Shown here piece after piece: positions 17,491 to 29,000 of a DNA stretch of 54,705 bases. Source of the stretch: Actinomycetes bacterium. Lineage in GTDB: Bacteria; Actinomycetota; Thermoleophilia; Gaiellales; Gaiellaceae. A program made the translations under genes and the position numbers. The stretch's first letter is position 1. Each line of letters starts with the position of its first letter. The notes below the pieces were generated by a model. It was not told where the DNA came from. It did no database searches and saw only the letters and a program-made list of their open reading frames with translations. Location of the stretch: the NCBI GenBank assembly GCA_031371615.1, contig JANMJY010000063.1:1-54705 (forward strand), given 5' to 3'.

Positions 17491-18551
17491 CCGGTCTCGT
17501 CCAGGCTCAGCTGACGGTAGTCCGAGAGGCCAGAGAGGCCGACGCCGACGAGCCGCAACGCGCCCGGCCGGTCACGCAGGCCGCGGTCGAGCAGCGAGCA
17601 CGCCAGCTCGCCGATCCGGGCGGGATCGTCGATGCCGACGTCGAGGCTCGTCGAGCGGCTGCGGATCGAGAAGTCGCCGTACCGCAGCTTCGCCGTCACC
17701 GTCCGTGCAGCGAGGCCTTCCCGTTGCAGGTGTTGACCGAGCCGCTCGGCCATGCGCCGCAACTCGGCATGCAGGAGCTCGCGGTCGGCCAGGTCGCGCT
17801 CGAAGGTCTCCTCGACCGAGACCGAGATCCGCTCACTCGACGTCTCGAGACGTCGGGCGTCGATCCCGAGCGCGCGGTCGCGGAGCATCCGGCCGACCTG
17901 GCCCGGGACGAGCGCTCCCAGCTCGAGATCCGAGAGCGCCGCGAGGCCACCGATCGTGGTCACTCCGGCGGCAGCCAGGCGTTGCTCCGCGCGCGGCCCG
18001 ACTCCCGGCAGGGCCCGGACGGCGAAGGGCGCCAGGAACGCGGCCTCGGTTCCGGCCGGCACGACCGTGATCCCGCCGGGCTTGCGCCGGTCCGACGCCA
18101 CCTTCGCGACCACCTTCGTCGGCGCCACCCCGAGCGAGCACGAGAGGCTCGTCGACGCGCGCACCGACGTCTGTACCGCCCCGGCAACTGCACGAGCACG
18201 GGAGTAGTCGGAAGCGGTGCCCGTCAGGTCGAGATACCCCTCGTCGAGCCCGGTTCGCTCGACGAGCGGCACGACCTCGCGCACCGTGGCCCACACCGCC
18301 TGCGAGTACTCGCGATAGAGCGAATGGCGGGGCCGTACGAAGACCGCCTCGGGACAGCGCCGCAACGCCTCGGCGCAGCTCATCGCCGAGTGAATGCCGA
18401 ACGCCCGCGCGACGTAATTGGCGGTCGAGACGACCCCGCGCCCCTTCGGGTCGCCGCCGACGACGAGCGGCTTGCGCCGCAGCTCGGGCTGCTCGAGCTC
18501 CTCGACGGCGGCGAAGAACGCGTCCAGGTCGAGGTGAGCGAGAATGGCCAC
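17487..18551 (-). CDS. dinB: DNA polymerase IV (Y-family translesion polymerase)
   Basis: From GTG 18551: VAILAHLDLDAFFAAVEELEQPELRRKPLVVGG, GLDEGYLDLTG, 354 aa. The rest of track ORF 17487..19070 is read-through. Confidence 0.9.
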   Translation of the reverse strand: MAILAHLDLDAFFAAVEELEQPELRRKPLVVGGDPKGRGVVSTANYVARAFGIHSAMSCAEALRRCPEAVFVRPRHSLYREYSQAVWATVREVVPLVERTGLDEGYLDLTGTASDYSRARAVAGAVQTSVRASTSLSCSLGVAPTKVVAKVASDRRKPGGITVVPAGTEAAFLAPFAVRALPGVGPRAEQRLAAAGVTTIGGLAALSDLELGALVPGQVGRMLRDRALGIDARRLETSSERISVSVEETFERDLADRELLHAELRRMAERLGQHLQREGLAARTVTAKLRYGDFSIRSRSTSLDVGIDDPARIGELACSLLDRGLRDRPGALRLVGVGLSGLSDYRQLSLDETG

Positions 18552-18560
18552 GATGCAAGC

Positions 18561-19649
18561 ATGATCGACGCTCCGGCTCTCCTGCCGCCGGCGATCTTCG
18601 CGCCCGCGCCCCGCGAGGTCTCGTTCGGCCACGTCACCGGCCGGGCGCCGCTCGGAACGAAGCGGATCATCGTTCAGGTGGGCAAGTCCGTCGTCGCCGA
18701 CAAGCCCTTGCGGGGTAGGTCCTTCTCCCTCGACGTCTCGATGGGCGTGGGAGTGACCCGGGTTCGCGTGACCGCCGTCGACGGCCGCGACCGACGCTCC
18801 TCCCGCGTTGTGGAGCCTGTCTACGCGCTGCCTCCGGTGTCCAAGCCGCGCGAGCGCTCCCCGACGCTCGATCCGGTGCTCGCCCGCAGTGTCAGGACGC
18901 TGGTGCAGCGCCATGGCGGCACCACCGGCGTCTACGTCCAGGATCTGCGCACCGGCAAGGGCGCAGCCTGGAACGCCCGAGCGCGCTTCCCCGCCGCCTC
19001 GACGCTGAAGCTCGCGATCGCGGTCACCGTTCTGCGCTCGCTGGACGGCAAGCCCGAGGAGGGAACCCACGTCGCCGAGCGGCTCGCCCAGATGCTCGTC
19101 GTCTCCGACAACGCGGCCGCCAACGACCTCGAGGTCTGGCTCGCCGGCTCGACGTCAGCGGGCTCGGAGCGCGTGAACGAGACGCTGCGCGCTCTCGGCC
19201 TGCGCGATTCGCTCATGTACGGGGGCTATGAGACACCGCGCACTCCGTCGGCCGTGACGCCGATCCCGATCCGGGTCGACCGCCAGCCGAGCTTCGGCGT
19301 CGGCAAGTACACGACTGCGTGGGACCTCGCGCGGCTCGCCCGAGCGGTCTACCTCGCCGCTGCAGGCAAGGGACCGCTGCTTCGGCTGGGCGTCACCCCC
19401 TCGGAGGCCCGGTATCTGCTCTGGCTGCTCACTCAGGTCACCGATCGCGGGAAGCTCGACCGCTTCCTCGGGCCGTCGCCGGTGGTGATGCACAAGGCGG
19501 GGTGGTTCGAGGGCGTCCGGCACGACAATGGTGTCGTCGCGTACTGGGCCGGCGTCTACGTTGCGACCGTGCTGACCTGGCAGACCGCCGCTGCCGACGA
19601 GTTCGCGGGACAGATCTCGTTCGCCGCGCTGCGGCGCTTCGGGGGCTAG
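18561..19649 (+). CDS. Class-A beta-lactamase-like serine hydrolase with N-terminal extension
   Basis: S-x-x-K (FPAASTLK), SDN (VVSDNAAAN), KAG (MHKAGW) in canonical order. First ATG after the dinB start. Confidence 0.7.
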   Translation: MIDAPALLPPAIFAPAPREVSFGHVTGRAPLGTKRIIVQVGKSVVADKPLRGRSFSLDVSMGVGVTRVRVTAVDGRDRRSSRVVEPVYALPPVSKPRERSPTLDPVLARSVRTLVQRHGGTTGVYVQDLRTGKGAAWNARARFPAASTLKLAIAVTVLRSLDGKPEEGTHVAERLAQMLVVSDNAAANDLEVWLAGSTSAGSERVNETLRALGLRDSLMYGGYETPRTPSAVTPIPIRVDRQPSFGVGKYTTAWDLARLARAVYLAAAGKGPLLRLGVTPSEARYLLWLLTQVTDRGKLDRFLGPSPVVMHKAGWFEGVRHDNGVVAYWAGVYVATVLTWQTAAADEFAGQISFAALRRFGG

Positions 19650-22552
19650 TCGGTCGAGCCGGCGCGGACGTCTGCCGCGTCCAGAGCCCCGAGCGCCCAG
19701 AGCCGTTCGAGTGCGTCGACGGCCTCGGGGGCGAACTGCAGGCCGCGCTCGCGCTTGCACTCCGCGAGAGCATCGGAGGCGCTGAGCGCGTCGCCGTAGA
19801 CGCGGCTCGACGTCATCGAGTCCCACGCCTCGGCGAGAGCCAGGAGCCGGCCACCGGCTGGGATCGCCTCGCCGGCGACGCCGTTCGGATAGCCCGCTCC
19901 GTCCCAGCGCTCGTGGTGGTGTCGGATCCAGCCGAGCTGCTCCTCGTCGAGTGCCTTGACCGCGATCTCGGCGCCCGTGTCCGGATGGTTGCGGATCTGC
20001 TCGAGTTCGGCGGCGGAGAGCTTGCCGGGCTTGCCGAGCACGGCCTCGCCGATGCCGAGCTTGCCGACGTCGTGCAGCATCGCGGCCTGGCCGAGCCGGA
20101 TCGCAAGGTCGGCGTTCCAGCCGCAGGAGAGTGCGAGCTTCTCGGAGAGTCGGGAGACGCGCTCGGAGTGTCCTTCGGTGCCGGGATCCTCTGCGTCGAG
20201 CTCGCGCGCGAGGGCGCGGAGACGGCTGAGGCCACGATCGTCGTCGACCTCGAGCTCTCCGTCGTCGCCGTCGAGCTCGGCGCTGTACCGGAACGTGGCG
20301 TCGCCGCCGGAGCCCTTCGCGTGGACGAGTGCGATCTCGGCCAGGGCGAGCAGCTCGTCCGCTCCGCCAACGTCCTCGAAGTCGCAGACTCCTGTCGAAG
20401 CGGTGATGTAGCCGACCCCGTCGATCGGAGCGGCAGCCAGCGCGCGTCGCGCCCGCTCGGCTGCGATCCAGCCGTTCAGGCCCTCGGTCTCAGGAAGGAT
20501 CCAGCCGAAGTGATCGGCTGACAGCCGCGAGACGAACTCGCCGTTGCGGACAGTCGCTGCGAGCCGGCGGCCGACCTCCGCCAGCACCCGGTCGCCAGCG
20601 AGGCGTCCGTGCTCGGCGTTGATCCGCTTGAAGTCGTCGATGTTGACGAGGACGAGTGAGAGCGAGCGCTCGTGGCGCTGCGCCCGCCGTGCCTCCGAGC
20701 GCAGCTGCTCGTGGAAGGCGCGGTGATCGGGGAGGTTCGTCAACTGGTCGCGCGTCGCCAGGGCGGCCAGCTGGGCGCTCGCGTCGGCGAACGCGACGGC
20801 GGGCTGCGCTGCGAGAGCGAGCTCGAGCAGCCGGACGGGATCGCCGCCCTCGGCGATCAGTGCGCCCCAGAGCCGGGCGCCGACGCGGATCGGTGCGGTC
20901 CCGGGAGCAGCCTGGCCAGTGCGGAAGACCTGCGCGGCGGGTTCGTCCCCTTCGAGCGGGACCGTCGTGCCGGGTACGAGCCCCGTCAAGCCAGGCGGCT
21001 CCGAGGCGCCGACGATCGTGCCGAAGCCGCCCGTCTCGAACCGGACGACCGCCGCCGCGTCGACGCCGAGATCGATCGCGATCTCCTCGGCGACGATCGA
21101 GAACAGCTCCACGGGGTCGGGCTCGAGCGCCACGGCATCCTGGATGCGCTGCTCGGCGGTGCGGGCGGTCAGCGCGGCCGGGCCGCGGAGGACAGTGACG
21201 ATGCCGGCGACGAACCCGAGCTCGTCGCGCCGGGCGAGCCGGCGGCCTTCGAGCACGACGTAGCTTCCGTCCTTGCGCACGTAGCGCTGGGGGCCGTTCG
21301 CGGGCGAGAGCAGGTCGTCGGGGTGCAGGAGCGAGTAGATCTCGATTCCGACGAGCTCATCGGCGGTATAGCCGAGCAGCTCTTCGGCTGCGATCGAGCA
21401 CGACTTGATCAGGCCGTCGCGGTCGATCTCCAGGACGAGCGCGTCGCTGGCGTCGGCGACGAGCCTGCGGGTGCGCTGCTCCTCGTCGATCGTGGACTCG
21501 GCGCGTGCGAGTGCGTGAGCGGAGCTCGTCCGCTCTCGCGTCAAGGTGGTCTCGAGCGCTGCGTGGGAGGTCGCACGCCGGCGCAGCCGCATCGACGCGA
21601 CGCTGAGCAGGAGCATCAACGCCAGGCCGGCGAATGCGGTCACGATCGGTGCGAGCGGGGAGGCGGCGGCGGGGGCGAGCGAGACGCGCCAGGTCCGGCC
21701 GCCCAGTTCGGCGTGCGCGATCGCGGCGCCGGTGGGGCCTTCCGCGAGCACGGTCGGTCCGTCGGAGACGCGGACGTCGAGCCCCTTCGGAAGGCCGGTC
21801 ATGGCGGTACGGATCAGCTCGCTCGTGACGACGGCGCCGGCGACCAGACCCGTGAGGGCGCTGCGCCGCTGGGCGGCCGTCCGGAGCGGCAGGCCTTTCG
21901 CGAAGACCGGGACGAAGGCGTAGACGCCGATGCGGCCGTCGCCGGGCAGGCGGATCGGAGCCGAGAGCCGGGGCTGGCCGGTCGCACGGGCGCTCCGGAG
22001 CGCCTCGACGAGTGAGGGGTCGGAGCCGAGGTCGAGCACGTCGAGGGACCTGGCGGCCGGCACCTGACGCACCAGCGGATAGGTGAACGGCTTGCCGGCG
22101 GGGGCCTCGATGCGGATCTGCTCGGTGTGCTCGACCTGGCCACGCTGCGCAGCGGCGACGAGCGGGACCCAGCCGACTGCCGCGATCTCGGGGCGGGCCA
22201 GCGGCACACGCGCAAAGGTCGAGAAGGCGGCCGGGCCGACAGACGACGTGGCGTCGTAGGCCGCGCGCACTCCCTGCAGGGCGAGGACGGCCGCTCCGGC
22301 ACGCTGTTCCAGCGCCGCTGCGGTGCCGCGGGTGCGCTCACGCGCCTGGTCGCGAACGTCGTCCTTGGCGGCGCGCCAGAGCGTCAGTGAGAGGCCCACG
22401 GTCGCGAGCGCGCAGAGGACCAGGGCGAGCGGAAGTCGAAGGCGTGCCGGCATCTGGCCGGTGTTCGGCTTGTGCAGCGTGAACTTGAGGGCATCGAACC
22501 TGGCTCTTGGGCCGCGGAGCGGCCCCTTCAGGGATCTTTGCGCGATGGGCAT
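19646..22552 (-). CDS. Membrane sensor: CHASE - PAS - GAF - degenerate GGDEF - HD-GYP (likely c-di-GMP phosphodiesterase)
   Basis: TM (LPLALVLCALATVGLSLTLW), a CHASE-like periplasmic region and a second TM. PAS (GLIKSCSIAAEELLGYTADEL) and GAF regions follow. The GGDEF fold carries SADHF instead of GGDEF. HD-GYP is intact (MLHDVGK, HHERWDGAGYP). Alternative start at 22453. Confidence 0.85.
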   Translation of the reverse strand: MPIAQRSLKGPLRGPRARFDALKFTLHKPNTGQMPARLRLPLALVLCALATVGLSLTLWRAAKDDVRDQARERTRGTAAALEQRAGAAVLALQGVRAAYDATSSVGPAAFSTFARVPLARPEIAAVGWVPLVAAAQRGQVEHTEQIRIEAPAGKPFTYPLVRQVPAARSLDVLDLGSDPSLVEALRSARATGQPRLSAPIRLPGDGRIGVYAFVPVFAKGLPLRTAAQRRSALTGLVAGAVVTSELIRTAMTGLPKGLDVRVSDGPTVLAEGPTGAAIAHAELGGRTWRVSLAPAAASPLAPIVTAFAGLALMLLLSVASMRLRRRATSHAALETTLTRERTSSAHALARAESTIDEEQRTRRLVADASDALVLEIDRDGLIKSCSIAAEELLGYTADELVGIEIYSLLHPDDLLSPANGPQRYVRKDGSYVVLEGRRLARRDELGFVAGIVTVLRGPAALTARTAEQRIQDAVALEPDPVELFSIVAEEIAIDLGVDAAAVVRFETGGFGTIVGASEPPGLTGLVPGTTVPLEGDEPAAQVFRTGQAAPGTAPIRVGARLWGALIAEGGDPVRLLELALAAQPAVAFADASAQLAALATRDQLTNLPDHRAFHEQLRSEARRAQRHERSLSLVLVNIDDFKRINAEHGRLAGDRVLAEVGRRLAATVRNGEFVSRLSADHFGWILPETEGLNGWIAAERARRALAAAPIDGVGYITASTGVCDFEDVGGADELLALAEIALVHAKGSGGDATFRYSAELDGDDGELEVDDDRGLSRLRALARELDAEDPGTEGHSERVSRLSEKLALSCGWNADLAIRLGQAAMLHDVGKLGIGEAVLGKPGKLSAAELEQIRNHPDTGAEIAVKALDEEQLGWIRHHHERWDGAGYPNGVAGEAIPAGGRLLALAEAWDSMTSSRVYGDALSASDALAECKRERGLQFAPEAVDALERLWALGALDAADVRAGSTD

Positions 22553-22583
22553 CCGCTCCGCGGATGCCCATCTTGCGCGCCAA

Positions 22584-23174
22584 CTAGTACGGGTTTGGGA
22601 CGGAAACCCAGAGCACGCGGAGCGGCTTGGTCGCCGAGGCGTTGCGCCACGTGTGCGGCTTCGAGAGCGGGTAGGTGAGCGCGTCGCCCTGCTCGAGGAC
22701 GTGCGTCTCCTCGGCGACCTGAATCTCGAGCGCGCCCTCGAGCACGTAGACGAACTCCATCTCGCCCGGAAGCGAGTTGAGCTCGTCCCCGGCGCCCGCC
22801 CCGGGTGCGACCTCCGACTCGATCGCCTGGAAGCGCTCCTCGTCGCGCGAGGACAGCAGGTGGCTCTCGGTCGAGAACGCGGTGTTCACCGGCACGCGTT
22901 CCTGGTGGCGGACGAGCGCCGGCGCGGGCTCGCGCTCGAAGATGTGGCTCAGGCGCACGCCGAGCGCGTCGCAGATGCGGGCGATCGACGAGAGCGAGGG
23001 GGCGGTGCGGTCACGTTCGAGTTGGCTGATGAAGCCCTTCGTCAGGCTCGTGGCCGCTGCCAGCTGCTCGATCGTCAGGCCGCGCTCGCGCCGGAGCGAG
23101 CGCACGCGTGCGCCCACTTTCGGCGTGTCGTTTCGCGCAGCAAGCGGCGTTGCCCTCGGCACGAGGCCGATCAT
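22584..23174 (-). CDS. XRE-family HTH transcriptional regulator with C-terminal cupin domain
   Basis: This is the last 196 codons of track ORF 22584..25478. HTH is LRRERGLTIEQLAAATSLTKGFISQLERD; cupin is EMEFVYVLEGALEI...GDALTYP. ATG at 23174. Confidence 0.85.
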   Translation of the reverse strand: MIGLVPRATPLAARNDTPKVGARVRSLRRERGLTIEQLAAATSLTKGFISQLERDRTAPSLSSIARICDALGVRLSHIFEREPAPALVRHQERVPVNTAFSTESHLLSSRDEERFQAIESEVAPGAGAGDELNSLPGEMEFVYVLEGALEIQVAEETHVLEQGDALTYPLSKPHTWRNASATKPLRVLWVSVPNPY

Positions 23175-23270
23175 ACGCAGGTTTAGTGGAACGGCAACTG
23201 CCACGGGCGGGAATAGAGGTATCCTTTTTGTAGTTAATGCTTGTATGAAACCGCCCGAAGGAGTGATCTG

Positions 23271-25539
<2,269 letters not shown>

Positions 25540-25550
<11 letters not shown>

Positions 25551-25854
25551 GAGCTGCAAGCCCGTTCCCGAGGAGGTCCGCCTGGCGGCGGGCCTCCTCG
25601 AACGCCGCTGGGTGGTCTCGGTCCTGTGGGCGTCCTACGAGGGCGCCGTCCGCTTCAACGAGTTCAAGCAGGCGGTCGGAGCGATCCCGCCGCGGACGCT
25701 GGCGCAGCGGCTCGTCGAGCTGGAGGAGGCGGGCATGCTCGAGCGGAGGGTGATCGACGCGCGGCCCCCGCGCGTGGAGTACCGCCTGACCGACGAAGGG
25801 CGGCGGCTCAAGCTCGTCGTCGACGCGGTCGCGAACTTCGCCGCTCCGCGGTAG
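25540..25854 (+). CDS. HxlR-family transcriptional regulator
   Basis: RWVVSVLWASYEGAVRFNEFKQAVGAIPPRTLAQRLVELEEAGMLERR...PPRVEYRLTDEGRRL. Overlaps the lon end by 11 nt. Confidence 0.8.
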
Positions 25855-25860
25855 GCGAGC

Positions 25861-26217
25861 TCAGTGGGGAGCGACGCGGCTCGTCGCTTCGTCCCAGCTG
25901 CGTACCACCGGCAGTAAAGAGGCGAGGCCGGTGAGCTCGAAGAGCCGGTGCACCTCGGGCGCAGTGTCGTCCGGGAGCAGCAGCAGCAACGGGCGCTCGA
26001 GCTTCTCGGACTCGGCGAGCCCTTCGAGCAGGACGCCGACGATGGTCGAGTCGATGAACGTCGCCTGGCTGAGATCGACCACCAGCGGCGCCTCGGCGCC
26101 GAGCGCGTTGGCGAGATCGGACCGGACGCGCGGCGCGACGAACGCGTCCGATTCGCCGGTCAGCGTGATCACGGTGAAGCCGGAGTCGGGAGCCGTCACC
26201 TCTTCACCATTGCGCAT
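25861..26217 (-). CDS. STAS-domain protein (anti-sigma-factor antagonist-like)
   Basis: 118 aa. VVDLSQATFIDSTIVGVLL matches the SpoIIAA/RsbV phospho-Ser loop region. Confidence 0.8.
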   Translation of the reverse strand: MRNGEEVTAPDSGFTVITLTGESDAFVAPRVRSDLANALGAEAPLVVDLSQATFIDSTIVGVLLEGLAESEKLERPLLLLLPDDTAPEVHRLFELTGLASLLPVVRSWDEATSRVAPH

Positions 26218-26275
26218 TTTCCTGATTTGAAACCGGAAAGCCTCGGCGCCCGCTCACTCGATCGGCTCGACGCCG

Positions 26276-27388
<1,113 letters not shown>

Positions 27389-27395
27389 GGCTGTC

Positions 27396-29000
27396 TCAGA
27401 AGTTGGACGAGATGCTCCGGTAGACGGCCTTGATGTCCTCCGGGCTGCCCGTGAAGAACAATCCGCCCGAGGCGGACGCGATCTGCTCGAGCGCCTGCGC
27501 GTCTGCGCGGCCCCGGTACGTGACGGTGAAGATCCGGACGCTCGCGCCCTCGGTGGGCGGCAGCGCCTTGATCTCGCGGAGCAGCTGAGTGCGCCCGACG
27601 TCCGTGCCGGCGCCGTCGGAGAGCACGACGACGGCGTTGATGCGGTCACGGTCGTCGCGCGTGCGCAGGTCGTCGAGCGCACGTGAGACCGCCCCGTAGA
27701 CCGGCAGGTCGCCGTTTGCGAAGAGATCGTCGACCGCCCCGGTCACGGCCGGCCCGCTCTTGCTCAGCACGCCCAGTGGGACGTTCGTCGTGACCGTGTC
27801 GCCGGACGAGATGAGTGCGACTCGGTCGCGCTGCGAGAGCTCGCGCAGGAACGAGAGCAACCCCTGCTTGGCGGCGTCGAGGCGCCCGTCCTCCGCCATC
27901 GAGTTCGACGTGTCCACGACGAGGACGATGTTCGCGGGCGGGCGGTCTTCGTGCCAGGCTTCGCGGATCGCGGCGAGCACCTCCGGCGCCGGCGGCTCGA
28001 GCTCCGCGAAGACCTTCGGGCGGCGGACCCGGAAGCCGCTCTCGGCCGCGCGCTTGGCGGTGATCCTCGGGACGAGCCAGCTGCGGAAGGCCTTCGCAGC
28101 AGCGCGAGCGTCTGGGCTCAGCCAGGGGGCGTCGAGCGCGATCAGCGGATAGTCGGCGACGAAGGTCCCGTCGGCCGGGTCGATCTCCGCGAGCTGCTTC
28201 GCCGCCGGCTTCCCCTTGTTGAACTTGTGCAGGTTCGTCTCCTGCACGTACGCCGCGTGGGCATAGGGCTGACCGTAACGGCCCATCTTCTCGAGCAGCC
28301 TGTCTGCGGTCTCGCCGTAGTGCACGATCGACCGTTCGATCGTCCGGACGGCGTCCCGGGCCCCGGGACGGCGGACGTCTGCGAGGGTCAGGCCCGACCG
28401 CTTCCCAGTGACGGCGTAGTAATCGGAGGCGACGGCCGAGAGCCCTGAGGTCGAGTAGCCCGGGTTCGTGTGCCCGAGCTTGAACGAGCCGTACTCTGGG
28501 TGCCCGTAGTCCGCCCAGCTGCGCCTCGAGGTGGCCAGGTCGAGGATGTCGCTCCAGCCGATCTTCTTCTCCGGCCAGCCGAGCGCCAGGGCAAACGACT
28601 TCCACATCGCGATCACTTGAGGCGAAAACACGAGCGGCGGATTCTCGGCGGGCACCCAATCGGCGGAGACGTTGTGGTCGAGCAGCCTGCCCCATAGGGA
28701 GGAGGCGGGCGTCCAGAGCGCAGCTCGTTCGCGGCCGGCGGCGAGCGCCTCTTCGGCTGCGCCGGACGTGAGCGCGTCGCCGTTGATCCACACCTCGCGA
28801 CCACCGCGGCGGTGGCTCTCGCGGTTGAAACGGTCGATCAGCGGGACGAGCAGCTCCTCGGCGTCGGTCGAGTAGAGGTAGCGCAGCACGAGCTCCGGTT
28901 CTTCCGTCTGAGCCTCGGGATCCCCTCGTCCAGCCGCGGCGACGAGAACTGCCACGGCTGCGGCGGCGATGACGATCGCCCGTGCGATCCGCGGCGTCAC
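27396..29000 (-). CDS. Substrate-binding-domain and vWA-domain protein (secreted/anchored)
   Basis: N-terminal anchor (AIVIAAAAVAVLVAAAG) and a solute-binding-like region. The C-terminal vWA has MIDAS VVDTSNSM. GTGA overlap with the upstream LuxR gene. Confidence 0.85.
   Translation of the reverse strand: MTPRIARAIVIAAAAVAVLVAAAGRGDPEAQTEEPELVLRYLYSTDAEELLVPLIDRFNRESHRRGGREVWINGDALTSGAAEEALAAGRERAALWTPASSLWGRLLDHNVSADWVPAENPPLVFSPQVIAMWKSFALALGWPEKKIGWSDILDLATSRRSWADYGHPEYGSFKLGHTNPGYSTSGLSAVASDYYAVTGKRSGLTLADVRRPGARDAVRTIERSIVHYGETADRLLEKMGRYGQPYAHAAYVQETNLHKFNKGKPAAKQLAEIDPADGTFVADYPLIALDAPWLSPDARAAAKAFRSWLVPRITAKRAAESGFRVRRPKVFAELEPPAPEVLAAIREAWHEDRPPANIVLVVDTSNSMAEDGRLDAAKQGLLSFLRELSQRDRVALISSGDTVTTNVPLGVLSKSGPAVTGAVDDLFANGDLPVYGAVSRALDDLRTRDDRDRINAVVVLSDGAGTDVGRTQLLREIKALPPTEGASVRIFTVTYRGRADAQALEQIASASGGLFFTGSPEDIKAVYRSISSNF

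Noticed and set aside
17724-18560. N-terminal 279 codons of ORF 17724..19649
   Set aside because: It is antisense to dinB. The serine-hydrolase sequence only makes sense from ATG 18561 onward.
23175-23270. Heat-shock operator (CIRCE or HAIR) in the AT-rich lon / XRE-cupin divergent spacer
   Set aside because: There is no TTAGCACTC-N9-GAGTGCTAA or CTTGAGT-N7-ACTCAAG match. The only symmetry is a weak CGGGCGG...CCGCCCG pair 40 nt apart.
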